The position numbers were made by a program, and so were the translations under genes. A stretch of DNA of 64,000 bases. Origin: a virus. Under the pieces are notes generated by a model. The model was not told the DNA's origin, did not search any database, and worked only from the letters and a program-made list of their open reading frames with translations. The stretch's first letter is position 1. Every line of letters starts with the position of its first letter. Positions 17,684 through 27,003 of this stretch are shown piece after piece. Where the stretch lies: the IMG/VR virus record IMGVR_UViG_3300012206_000007, positions 4,724 to 68,723 of that record. One strand, written 5' to 3'.

Positions 17684-19778
17684 TCTCTTGATGGGGAGGG
17701 ACAGCAGCTGTTGGAGGCCGTCCAGCAGCGGACTCAGGCTGACCTACACCGATCAGTTTCTGTGCAGCCAGCCGCTCGGTCACGGTATGTGGCAGTCGGA
17801 TCTCTAGAATCTGCCCTGACGTGAGATCAGTCGTGTAAACGCGCCCTGTTAATGGATCGGTATATTGCGGCGGGGGCATCGCGCCAGACGCGAGGAGTGC
17901 AAGTCCTCCAGGCACCTGCTGCACTTTCGCGAGCAGTTGTTGCAGGACATCCGGTGGGGGTGGTTCTATTGGCGGGAGTGGGATCGTCGGGGGCGCCCCG
18001 ATATTCGGCGTCTGTAACGACTCGTGCAGACTCCACATATCCATAATCCCGAGTCTGAACAGCTGGAGGTTCATGAGCTTCTTCTCCGTCGCATCGATCG
18101 CGAGCACAGAGTTAGGCGCCACAATGAACTGGAGCTGGTTCGCGATGAAGAGCGCGCGTTCATCTCTGGAGGTGTTATCGACGTCTAACTCGGGCGTGTA
18201 CCCCTTGGCACCGGGGCGGAGGCCGGGCACTAAGGTGTTCGGGTCAAAGTCGAAATCCAAGAGTGACTGACCGGCGGAGCCGAGCACTTGGATGCGCTTC
18301 GCCTTGCTCAGAAACTGAAAGTAGTTGCACTTAACGAGATCCGAAAGATCGCGTAAGAAGGCTTCCACAGTCCGCGCTTCGTTCCGTATCTCTGGGGTGA
18401 GGGCCTCGAAGTACTTACTGATGGTGTCGGCGGAGGGCATCTGGCGGAGTTGGAGTAAGGCAGTGAGATTCGCCGTGCCGGCTAAGTCGGAGAACTTCGT
18501 GGTGAGCTGCTGCCAGAGCTCGAGGCCCATGGAGAGGATCTGCGGGTTGGGGCCGTCTTCCTTCTTCCACGGCGTGCCATAGCCGGGATTCACTTTGACG
18601 CGCTTGCCGGGACGGCGCGGGTCCATGAGGCGCATGGTGGCTTCGGAGACGGCGTTGCGGTTGTAGGTAATGTCGGCATCGGTCCACTGGCGCATGCCGA
18701 GGCGCACGTCATGCACGGTGTCGTTGATGGCGTCCTGAATCGGCAGGAGGTCGTTGAAGAGCGGCACGCCGAGGAACTGCCACGGCACCGACCAGAGACG
18801 CAGGCGGCAGAAGGGGTAGAGCCCGTGGAAGTAGGTGTTGGGGCCATCGTAGACGAGGGCGTCGTCGGTGGCGACGAGGAGACGGCCACGCGGGTAGAGC
18901 GGCTGGTGTGGCAGCACGGTGTAGGCCCAGTTGGCGCCGGGCGTGCCCATCGGGAGGGGCTTGTCCGTCAGGTTGTGCGTGCGGTCGCGGAAGTAGGCGC
19001 GATACAAGGCGACGCCGCCGCGACGCGGGCGGCGGGCCGAGGCGGCACTGCCCCCGAGGGAATCGAGCGGGTCGGCGGGCGTGAGGAGCCGATTGAGGCC
19101 GCTGCGGAAGCGGCCCATGATCTTGCCCAGCGAGGTGTCGGTGGCGGGGCGGAAGAGATTGGCCTTGGTCGGATACATGCCGCGCAGGACGTTGACGCTG
19201 TGCTCTTCGCGGAAGCAGACGCCTTCCCAGGTCTGGACGCTGCGGCCGTAGGAGGGCCGCAAGGGGAGCGTGTCGCGGGGGTCGCGCGCCGTGAACTGAT
19301 GCCCCCCGCCCAGGGGGAGGTGCGGGTCCCAGTCGACTACGAGGTCGCCCGTGCCCCCCGCGAGGGAGTACTTCACGCAGTCCCCGAGGTCGATGTCGAG
19401 CATCAGCGTGATCCACTCGGCGAGGAGGTACTGGTTGAGGAGGTCGGCTTGGAGCTGCGTCTCGGGCGGCCCTTTCCACCCGACCACAGGTTGGAAATCG
19501 GTGATGGCGGAGACGTGCGCCTGCATCGCTTTCCGGGTCTCGTTGATGACGACCTGCGGCAGGTACTTGAGTTTGCGCGTCTCGGGCGAGAGCTGTTCGC
19601 CCACGACGTATTGGAAGGCGCGCTCAATGCCGTCGTAGGAGGGGTCGGAGCGGTTGAGGAGGTCGCCTTCCTGCTGCCACTCTTTGAGCCAGCCGAGGAC
19701 GCGGGGGTCGCCGCGGGCGAGGGTGTCGGCCGTGGCTCTTGGGAGGTCGACGACTCCAGACGCGCTCAGATCGGCGAT
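17631..19778 (-). CDS. Portal protein (probable ATC start at 19778)
   Basis: P22-like portal features (VVINETRK, YPRGRLLV...YDGPN, GVPLFNDLLPIQDAIN); the frame stays open upstream to an ATC following GGAGGT. Confidence 0.85.
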   Translation of the reverse strand: MADLSASGVVDLPRATADTLARGDPRVLGWLKEWQQEGDLLNRSDPSYDGIERAFQYVVGEQLSPETRKLKYLPQVVINETRKAMQAHVSAITDFQPVVGWKGPPETQLQADLLNQYLLAEWITLMLDIDLGDCVKYSLAGGTGDLVVDWDPHLPLGGGHQFTARDPRDTLPLRPSYGRSVQTWEGVCFREEHSVNVLRGMYPTKANLFRPATDTSLGKIMGRFRSGLNRLLTPADPLDSLGGSAASARRPRRGGVALYRAYFRDRTHNLTDKPLPMGTPGANWAYTVLPHQPLYPRGRLLVATDDALVYDGPNTYFHGLYPFCRLRLWSVPWQFLGVPLFNDLLPIQDAINDTVHDVRLGMRQWTDADITYNRNAVSEATMRLMDPRRPGKRVKVNPGYGTPWKKEDGPNPQILSMGLELWQQLTTKFSDLAGTANLTALLQLRQMPSADTISKYFEALTPEIRNEARTVEAFLRDLSDLVKCNYFQFLSKAKRIQVLGSAGQSLLDFDFDPNTLVPGLRPGAKGYTPELDVDNTSRDERALFIANQLQFIVAPNSVLAIDATEKKLMNLQLFRLGIMDMWSLHESLQTPNIGAPPTIPLPPIEPPPPDVLQQLLAKVQQVPGGLALLASGAMPPPQYTDPLTGRVYTTDLTSGQILEIRLPHTVTERLAAQKLIGVGQPESAAGRPPTAAVPPHQEIKHDQPGGRSTISESRH

Positions 19779-19823
19779 AGCACACCTCCAGCAACTGCGG
19801 TGCGAGCGAGTGTAGCAGACCCT

Positions 19824-20162
19824 CTAGGCGACAAGCGCCGACACGAGCACGCCGTCAGAGGCGACGTCCGCGTCGAAGCGGAGCTGGGCGAGGTTCAAGG
19901 CGTTGGCGGCCTGCGTGAGCGAGACCGAAAAGGTGGGGAGGCTGCTGGCGGTCGGGACGGGCAGGACGACAAGAACCGAGTCGAGCGTGACCCGGTCAAG
20001 GCCGTCGAGGCCGACGTAGACCTTCCCGGTGTTGGTCGCGAGGGCTTCGACGAGGAAGGCGTGGACGGAGGTCGGATTGAGGGTGGCGGGCAGCGTCAAG
20101 GCGACTGGCGTACCGGGGGCGGGCACCGTCAGCTTGCCGAGGCCGTAAAAGAGGGCCGCCAT
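19824..20162 (-). CDS. Putative virion protein
   Basis: MAALFYGLGKLTVPAPGTPVAL...NTGKVYVG beta protein. Confidence 0.55.
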   Translation of the reverse strand: MAALFYGLGKLTVPAPGTPVALTLPATLNPTSVHAFLVEALATNTGKVYVGLDGLDRVTLDSVLVVLPVPTASSLPTFSVSLTQAANALNLAQLRFDADVASDGVLVSALVA

Positions 20163-20635
20163 TAGAGGAGCGCCACGGTCAGGAAGAAGACAGTGATGGC
20201 GAGCTGGTTGGCTGGGTCGCCCCCGGTGAGGTCGCCGGGATTCCCACTCAGCTTGAGCACGATGGGGGCGGCGACATCGCCCGCACCATACTCGAAGGTG
20301 GCGAGGTTCGTGTGGAGGCCGGGGAGGAGTTCCGCTTGGGGCAGGGGCGAGAGGAAATGGAGGGCCTGCCCCGCCGTCAGCCAATTCGTCAAGTCGGTGC
20401 GTCCAGTCGCCGACACATTGAGCAGCAGGTCGAGCACATCCCAGTTGGACTGTGTCACCACTTCGAGGTAGGCGTCGGCGCCAATGTTCGTGTAGGAGGC
20501 CGCAAAGGCTTTGGACAGAACGCCCTGCGTGGGGACCACGATCCGATTGACGACGCCAGCGACGAGCGCCACCGGCGTGGTGGGGAGGGCTTTGATCTGG
20601 GCGTCGGTCAGCGTGACGGTGGCGGACTGGAGCAT
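20162..20635 (-). CDS. Putative virion protein
   Basis: VTLTDAQIKALPTTPVALVA motif seen in phage structural proteins; GGAGG SD. Confidence 0.55.
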   Translation of the reverse strand: MLQSATVTLTDAQIKALPTTPVALVAGVVNRIVVPTQGVLSKAFAASYTNIGADAYLEVVTQSNWDVLDLLLNVSATGRTDLTNWLTAGQALHFLSPLPQAELLPGLHTNLATFEYGAGDVAAPIVLKLSGNPGDLTGGDPANQLAITVFFLTVALL

Positions 20636-20899
20636 ATCGCCTCCCAGATCGAGTCCGCCGAAGAGGCGGGCGACGAAGCCATCACCCCCCAACATCGGTG
20701 GGCGTCTGCCCCAGCCACCACGCCCAGAGGCGACCGAGTCCCCGGCGGAGGGATCGGAGGCCGTGTGTGACCCCGCGCAGGAGCCGCGCCCGCCACGACA
20801 GCGGCCTCGGCGGTGGCCCCACCTCGAAGAGGGGCGCGCCGAGGGTGGGTGCGCCCATGCGGTAGACGGTGGTGGGGGCGGGCCAGGGGTCGAGCGGCA

Positions 20900-21361
20900 T
20901 CAGCCCCTCAGCAGCAGACGGTGGCGCTGGAGGCCCCGGACGACTGCAGATAGGAGGCCACCGAGCGCGCGGCAGAAGTCTTCTTCGTCTGCTGGCACGA
21001 CAGAGTGACCTGCGACGCGCGCGGGCTGCAGGCGCTGGCGTTCAGCCCACCCGAACGTACTGTGCGTGCACTCATGGCTGAGGAGGCCAACGCCGAGATG
21101 CGACCGGCAGAGGAGGATCTCACCGTGGTCCGGCGTGAGACGGAAGCCGTAGCGGGTTGGACGGTGCCGGGTCCATGTGACACTGAGCGCCCAATAGTTG
21201 CGCCCGATGCTGGAGGTCATATCGTGCGTGGCAGCGTAGGCGCGGAGGGCGTCAAGGGTATCGAAGATGCGGACGGTGACGAAGGCTTTGCGACGGGCAT
21301 AGAAGCGGGCGCGGAAGGTGGCGAGCTGGCCGGGCGGCGCATCGTGTGCAGCAGTCGGCAT
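20900..21361 (-). CDS. Hypothetical protein with HExxH zincin-like motif
   Basis: LLSHECTH...EE.FC. Confidence 0.55.
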   Translation of the reverse strand: MPTAAHDAPPGQLATFRARFYARRKAFVTVRIFDTLDALRAYAATHDMTSSIGRNYWALSVTWTRHRPTRYGFRLTPDHGEILLCRSHLGVGLLSHECTHSTFGWAERQRLQPARVAGHSVVPADEEDFCRALGGLLSAVVRGLQRHRLLLRG

Positions 21362-21365
21362 GGCG

Positions 21366-21530
21366 TCAGCGGGGCTGCACTTTGCTCGCCAGCCAGAAGC
21401 AGGGGAGCGCCATCCAGCAGAGCGCGGCCCCGATCAGAATCGTGCGGAGGTCATCGGCAGGCAGTGCGATGACGACGCCCGCTAGCAGCAACAGCACCCC
21501 CGCGACGATCGCCGACAGGAAGCCCCGCAT
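21366..21530 (-). CDS. Small two-TM membrane protein
   Basis: Read manually: MRGFLSAIVAGVLLLAGVVIALP...ILIGAALCWMALP. Confidence 0.5.
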   Translation of the reverse strand: MRGFLSAIVAGVLLLLAGVVIALPADDLRTILIGAALCWMALPCFWLASKVQPR

Positions 21531-22030
21531 CAGCGTGTCGGCTCGAGCGGCAGGGCGGAGGCGGTCGCGTCGCTGACGCCGGGACCGAAGGCGGTATCCG
21601 GCGCCTCGGTCGAGCGGCGCAGGGCGGCGCCGAAGCGATGCTTCGCCTCGGGCGAGGGGTAGGTGCCCCCATCGTACGATTTCGAGAGCGTTGGCGCGTC
21701 CCGATTGGAGCCATCTTGCGCCCAGCGCCGGAAGACCATCGGCTGGCCTTCACCGTTTCTGTAGGCGGTTTCGGCCTCGCGCTCGACTTGGCGCAGCTTG
21801 TGGAGCGAGTCGACGACGACGCGCTGGCCCCGGCCATCGGTGGTGGTAAAGCCGCGAAACGCCGCCGTCTTCACCGCGCCGATGTCCATCGCGATCGTCG
21901 CGGCCGGAATCCACGCCATCGGCTGGCCGCAGTGCTGCGGCCCACCGGCGCGGGCGCCGATGGCGGCGGGGATCACCACATCGGGCAGGAGTTGGCCGCA
22001 GACCGTGCACCAAAAGTCGTGGAGCGCCAT
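21530..22030 (-). CDS. FmdB-like zinc-ribbon protein
   Basis: MALHDFWCTVCG...HCGQPM. Confidence 0.6.
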   Translation of the reverse strand: MALHDFWCTVCGQLLPDVVIPAAIGARAGGPQHCGQPMAWIPAATIAMDIGAVKTAAFRGFTTTDGRGQRVVVDSLHKLRQVEREAETAYRNGEGQPMVFRRWAQDGSNRDAPTLSKSYDGGTYPSPEAKHRFGAALRRSTEAPDTAFGPGVSDATASALPLEPTR

Positions 22031-22035
22031 CGGCG

Positions 22036-22593
22036 TCAGCCTTTCCAGAACAGTTCATCTTTGATGCGGTCGACCACCGCCTCGACCGCCTGCGCGACGG
22101 TCTGGCCGCGCTTCCCCGCGCGGTAGTGCAGCTCTTCGAGTTGGCCCGGCGTGAAGGGAAGGTCGACCTCGCCGATGGAGAGGCGGGCGAGGCGGCGGGC
22201 AGCGGCGACGAGCGCGTCGGCGGACTGCGATGCGCCGAGGCCGAGCAGGCCGTCGAGGTCCTCACGGTCGAGGCGCGAGAGGGTGAGGCTGCCCTCCTCG
22301 ACGAGTTCGTAGGGGGCGGGGAATGCAGTGGACGAGACGACGCTGATCGGCACATGACCGACCTGCACGATCCAGTCACCGGGCCGCGCCACGACGGTCA
22401 CGTCATCAGGCAGTGTGACGGCTTGGGACTCGCCGATGCGCACGCCGAGGAAGGTCGCTCCGGGGCGGCGCAGTCCTACGCGCGCGGGCAGGGGAGGGCG
22501 TGGCCGTGGCGCGGGCGGTGCGGGGATCTTTTCCTCCTGGCGCGGCAGCGCCCCTGTGAGCCTGTCGGCAGGCTCACTCGTGCTGGCGGGCAT
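22036..22593 (-). CDS. Hypothetical protein
   Basis: ORF overlapping the TerL stop. Confidence 0.55.
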   Translation of the reverse strand: MPASTSEPADRLTGALPRQEEKIPAPPAPRPRPPLPARVGLRRPGATFLGVRIGESQAVTLPDDVTVVARPGDWIVQVGHVPISVVSSTAFPAPYELVEEGSLTLSRLDREDLDGLLGLGASQSADALVAAARRLARLSIGEVDLPFTPGQLEELHYRAGKRGQTVAQAVEAVVDRIKDELFWKG

Positions 22594-24892
22594 CGAAATA
22601 GAGGGAAAGGGGGTCGGCTCCGGCGTCGGCGAACTCGTCATCTTCTTGATGACCGGCATCGGCTTCCTCCGCCGTCAGCGCCTGGCAGCGGGCGTTCGGC
22701 GGGGCGCTCGGCGTGAGCGCTGCCTGCCGGTCGCGCGCGGCTTTGCGGTGGCGCTTCTCGCTGAGCGGCTCGGCTTCGCCACCGGCGAGGCGCCACGCGA
22801 CATAGTAGCCGATCGCGGCGGCGAGGATGGCGTCGTCGTGCTGGCCCCGCGCGGCCTGGGCCTCGGCGAGCGGTCCCGGCGTGATGAAGTGCCGCAACTC
22901 GGCGCGCGTAATCGGCGAGTTGAGGATGAAGTCGGGTTGCCCCGTGATCGGATCAACGTTGGTGATCGCGTCGCGGAAGCTCGCGAGCAGAATCGGGCGC
23001 GTCCGCGTCGTCGTCACCCACCCGATGCGCGTCGAGTAGCGCCGGTCGGGGCTGGCGGCATCGGCATATTCCCAGACGTAGAAGTGCGAGTACCCGAGGT
23101 GGAGCTGCAAGGTGTCCTGCGTCGCGAGGCCATGGCCGTTGGTCTCGATGGCGGCGAGCGCTTCGACGCCGTCCTCGTCGGGGTAGAGGCGGCCGATGGC
23201 ATCGCACACGAAGGCGAGCTGCTGCGTGTCGACGGTCTTGCTGACGTATTGGGCGACCTGCTCGGCGGGCTCATCGAAGGTCGGGAGGCGGATGAGGTCG
23301 ATGACCGAGCAGTCCTGGCCGAGGCCGTCGGAAACGTCGACGCTCATGACGTAGCGGCGGCGGCCACGCGGACGTGGGTATTCCCAGATCGCGAGGACGC
23401 TCTCACGGAGGGAGGGCAGGGCCGCGACTTCGGTGGGCGTCAGGCGCTGGAAGCCGTAGCCGGGCGGGATGGGGAAGGTTTCGGCAGCGAGCTTCGAGGT
23501 CGGCTGCGGGATGCGCATCGAGAGGGGCGGCAGGGGGCGAGCGGGCGGGCGCCCCGGCGGAGCGGGGGCGAGCGCCTCGCGGGACGCCCCCGCACCGGGA
23601 GCGGTGTCGTCTTCGGGCAACCGGCGCAACGCCGCGATGTCGCGGGCGGGCTCGACCTTCCAGACGTCGAGGAGCGGGCGTTTGGCGCCCGCCGCGTCAA
23701 TCGCGTCGAGCTGCGCGAAGGTGAAGATCGAGCGGCCCGCATACTGGAAACACTCGATGTCGTCGGCACAAAACTCCTTGGCGAAGGTGCCATAGTCGCC
23801 TTTCTGCTCGTAGAAGGCGCGGGTCGTCTCATACCAGTAGAGCTGATCGCGGCTGAGGGTGACGGCCCGTGGGAGCCACTGGGTCGAGGTGCGCTCGCAC
23901 CTGGTGGCCCACGCGAGGGTCGAGGAGGACGGCACCCAGTGGGGGGGCGGCGGCAGCGCGTATTTGGAGGGCTCGGCGTAGACGGGCACGAAGATGTTGG
24001 TGAAGCGGCCGACGCCGGAGGCGCTGGTCTGCCAGTGCTGATGCCACCAATCCCCCGCGTGCTCCGCCGTGGACTCGAAGAGGACCAGTGTGTCGTGATG
24101 CACGGGGATGGCGGGCAGGAGCGCGGCATCCAGTTGCTGCGGGTTCGCCCACGTGGCGAGTTCGCTGATGTGGATCGTCGAGAAGGTCATGCCCCGCCCG
24201 ATCGCGCCTTTGCTGCCCTCCGTGCCGGAGACGGCTTGCAGCGCGCCACGGGTCGACTGGCCCCACGCCGTCTTGAGGAAGCTGCCGTTCTCGAAGCTCG
24301 TCTCGCGGTTCTTGACGAAGGTCAGTCGCGCCGGCTTGAGGAAGTAGGGGAGGTGGTCGACGAGGCGCACGACCATGCGGAACAAGTAGCCGGCCTGGTC
24401 TTCGACGTCGGCGCCGCTCAAGCCGCGCGTGTGTGGCTGGAACAGGATGCGGTGCGCGACGAGGGCTTCGCTGAGCGTCGAGATGTACAGCTGCCGGGCC
24501 TTCAACACGTTGACGAGGAGGCCATCGGGATGGACGCCCCACCGCGCCGCTTCGAGGGCGGCGAGCCGTCCGAGGACGTAGGTTTGCGACTCGGAGAGCG
24601 GGGAGAGGCGACGCAGGCCGTGGCCCTGGTCATCAATCCACACGAAGCGCGTCACGAAGTACTCGAAGTCGATCGCGCACTTGAGCGGCGTCGTGTGCAG
24701 GAAGAGCGCCTCCTCGGGCGCGAGGCGGCGCGTGTAGCGGCCCTCGGGCGTGCGCGCGGCGACCAGCGCGTCAGTCAGGGCGGCGGTGTCCGCGAGCGAG
24801 TAGGTCGGCAGGCCCGTGTCGCGCAGCGCCTGCCAGCGGGGCGTGGCGAGGAGGGTCTGCTCGCGGGCGGCGACCGTGGCCGGCGAATACAT
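22574..24892 (-). CDS. Terminase large subunit
   Basis: LKARQLYIST (Walker A), IHISE (Walker B), FESTA coupling motif, nuclease MSVDVSDG...IETN...HDD. Confidence 0.9.
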   Translation of the reverse strand: MYSPATVAAREQTLLATPRWQALRDTGLPTYSLADTAALTDALVAARTPEGRYTRRLAPEEALFLHTTPLKCAIDFEYFVTRFVWIDDQGHGLRRLSPLSESQTYVLGRLAALEAARWGVHPDGLLVNVLKARQLYISTLSEALVAHRILFQPHTRGLSGADVEDQAGYLFRMVVRLVDHLPYFLKPARLTFVKNRETSFENGSFLKTAWGQSTRGALQAVSGTEGSKGAIGRGMTFSTIHISELATWANPQQLDAALLPAIPVHHDTLVLFESTAEHAGDWWHQHWQTSASGVGRFTNIFVPVYAEPSKYALPPPPHWVPSSSTLAWATRCERTSTQWLPRAVTLSRDQLYWYETTRAFYEQKGDYGTFAKEFCADDIECFQYAGRSIFTFAQLDAIDAAGAKRPLLDVWKVEPARDIAALRRLPEDDTAPGAGASREALAPAPPGRPPARPLPPLSMRIPQPTSKLAAETFPIPPGYGFQRLTPTEVAALPSLRESVLAIWEYPRPRGRRRYVMSVDVSDGLGQDCSVIDLIRLPTFDEPAEQVAQYVSKTVDTQQLAFVCDAIGRLYPDEDGVEALAAIETNGHGLATQDTLQLHLGYSHFYVWEYADAASPDRRYSTRIGWVTTTRTRPILLASFRDAITNVDPITGQPDFILNSPITRAELRHFITPGPLAEAQAARGQHDDAILAAAIGYYVAWRLAGGEAEPLSEKRHRKAARDRQAALTPSAPPNARCQALTAEEADAGHQEDDEFADAGADPLSLYFDARQHE

Positions 24893-24978
24893 CGCTGCAT
24901 CCTATCGCGTGCATCGCCTCCGTACCTACCGGTACGGACCCTCCGTACCCTCCGTACACGGTACTGATCGGGCGTCGC

Positions 24979-25374
24979 TCAGTTGCCGGAGTCTTGTCCA
25001 GACGGCGCGGCATCGGTCGCGCGCCCCAGGCGGCGTTGCGTCTGCAGGCCCTGCACCATGCCCTGGAGGCGGCCGATTTCAATCGATTGGGCGACGACGG
25101 TTTTCTGCATGCGGTCGAGGCTGCCGTTGGTCTGCTGCTTGACGTCCCCGACGAGGGAGACGACTTCGTGGGAGGCGTCGACGGTCTGCTGCTTCACGTC
25201 GGCGAGTTGGGCGGTGAGGTCGGAGGAGGTGTCCGCGAGGAGCGAGACGACCTGCTGGTGTTCGGCGTTGCGGCGGGGGCGGCGGGAGAACCCATCGAAG
25301 AGTTCGCGCAGGACGACGACGACGGCGCCCGTGTAGAGCGGGATGAGGATGACCAGATCGGAGGTGGGCATCAT
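24979..25374 (-). CDS. Holin-like membrane protein
   Basis: N-terminal TM, then coiled coil with duplicated DVKQQT. Confidence 0.45.
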   Translation of the reverse strand: MMPTSDLVILIPLYTGAVVVVLRELFDGFSRRPRRNAEHQQVVSLLADTSSDLTAQLADVKQQTVDASHEVVSLVGDVKQQTNGSLDRMQKTVVAQSIEIGRLQGMVQGLQTQRRLGRATDAAPSGQDSGN

Positions 25375-25568
25375 GGCGTCGCGGGGCTTGGGAGGGGCCG
25401 CGCGCTGGGAGGCGGGAGGGCCAAGCGCGTCTGGAGCAGGTGCCAGAGGGCATCGAGACGCGCGTGGAGGTCCGCGATGTCCGCGCGCAGGTCGGTGACG
25501 GCGGTCTCGATCTCGTCGAGCGCCGTGAGGATCTGGTCGTGCTCGCTCACGGGTGCCACGCGTTGCAC
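25371..25568 (-). CDS. Small coiled-coil protein
   Basis: Heptad pattern; coupled to neighbours. Confidence 0.5.
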   Translation of the reverse strand: MQRVAPVSEHDQILTALDEIETAVTDLRADIADLHARLDALWHLLQTRLALPPPSARPLPSPATP

Positions 25569-25912
25569 GGAATGACTTCGAGAAATTCTACGGGATGTAC
25601 TTCTATCCAGCCGTGGCCCGCTTCGGTATCGACGCGGCGGATGCCCCGGATGCGGACACAGTCCCCGGGCTTCGGCGGCAGAATTGGCCCCTCCGGCGGC
25701 ACGAGCGTCGGGATGATCTCGGCCACGATGAAGCGGTGCCCATCACTCAGGCGGACGTGCCAGTCGCCATCGGCTTCGTGCCGGACGACCGTGACGTGCC
25801 CTTCGACCTCGACATGCGTGTGCCGGGAGGTGACGAGCGACGCAATCGTCTCGCGGTGGGCGAGTCGCCCCTCGCCGAGCGCCAGCAGGAGCAGGAGCCA
25901 AGCCGTCGGCAT
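25547..25912 (-). CDS. Secreted OB-fold-like protein
   Basis: Signal-like N-terminus; V.G.V...EADGDWH...GDCVRIRG...WIEVHPV. Confidence 0.55.
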   Translation of the reverse strand: MPTAWLLLLLALGEGRLAHRETIASLVTSRHTHVEVEGHVTVVRHEADGDWHVRLSDGHRFIVAEIIPTLVPPEGPILPPKPGDCVRIRGIRRVDTEAGHGWIEVHPVEFLEVIPCNAWHP

Positions 25913-25914
25913 GC

Positions 25915-26205
25915 TTACCAGCGTAGCAAAAGTCTGGTGCCGATCGAGTTGGCCCCGTCCCAGTCATGCCGAGCGGCGGCTTGCAGCTCCCAGTGGAGGC
26001 CTCCCACCTGGGCTGCGCGGTTCTTGAAGGAGGCGACCACTTGGGCGCCGTGCTTGTCGAGCGTGCCAACGACGACCTTTTCGCCGGGCTGCGCGTCGGC
26101 CGGCAGGGTCTCGGTGACGAGCCGCTGGAGCTGCTCGGCACTGAAGATCGTCGGGGCGGCGTTCGGTACGGGCAGGCCCATCAGGTGGTCCAGCGGTCGC
26201 GCCAC
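25915..26205 (-). CDS. Hypothetical protein
   Basis: 96 aa coupled ORF. Confidence 0.5.
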   Translation of the reverse strand: MARPLDHLMGLPVPNAAPTIFSAEQLQRLVTETLPADAQPGEKVVVGTLDKHGAQVVASFKNRAAQVGGLHWELQAAARHDWDGANSIGTRLLLRW

Positions 26206-26735
26206 ATCCGCGCGAGTTGCTGCTCGAGGTGTGTCAGGCGTTGCTCGATGCGGTCCAGCGCGGTGGTGGCGGTGTGGCCAGCCGTGCGGAGCGACGCGTC
26301 GAGGGAGGCGACCTGCTCGGCGAGGTGCGTGAGGCTGGTCTGGAGGTCGACGAGCAGTTGCGCGGGACTCGGGGTCAGCGGCAGCGGCGGGGCGGGCGCA
26401 TCAGGCGCCTCCGGATCGTCCACGAGCGGTGTGGTCCAGCCACCGGGAGGCCCGCCGTTGGGCGGCACGGCATAGGGGCCGTAGGGCGGGATATCCGTGC
26501 CACCGGCTTGCCAGCCAATGAGGCGCAGCCATGCGTAGTGGTCGACGTGGATTTCGACGCCACGCGCGACGAGGTTCGGCCACTCCGCCCGCCAGTAGAC
26601 ATAGTCGCCGAGGACAGCTTCACGATCGGTGCTATCGGTGAGGCCCGCGCGAATCGTGCGGTCGATGACGGCGGGATCGGTCTGGTCGCCGAGCGGCGGC
26701 TGAAAGCGGGCACGCATGGGGCGCCTAGGCCGCAC
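26181..26735 (-). CDS. Hypothetical protein with C-terminal coiled coil
   Basis: ORF in operon orientation; start uncertain. Confidence 0.5.
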   Translation of the reverse strand: MRPRRPMRARFQPPLGDQTDPAVIDRTIRAGLTDSTDREAVLGDYVYWRAEWPNLVARGVEIHVDHYAWLRLIGWQAGGTDIPPYGPYAVPPNGGPPGGWTTPLVDDPEAPDAPAPPLPLTPSPAQLLVDLQTSLTHLAEQVASLDASLRTAGHTATTALDRIEQRLTHLEQQLARMWRDRWTT

Positions 26736-27003
26736 ACCAGGGGACGGGTGTACGATCCCGCCCGAACGGAATAGAAGTCGCGCACATTTCTTTTCCTCCG
26801 TTTCGTGTCAATTCAGCCGGTCGAGGGGCTGAAATCCTGTCGAATGGGCGACGCGTGGGGCCAGCGCCTCGACGAAGATCGCGCGCCCCCACAGCCGATG
26901 ACGTACACAGATTGGGCGGCGCAGTCGTTCACACTGGCCGCCCGGACACGGACTAGATAGGGATCGAAATCCTCCACACTGTAGCCGACCTATCCTGCGG
27001 AGT

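Noticed and set aside
22415-24967. 850-aa plus-strand ORF
   Set aside because: Antisense shadow of TerL.
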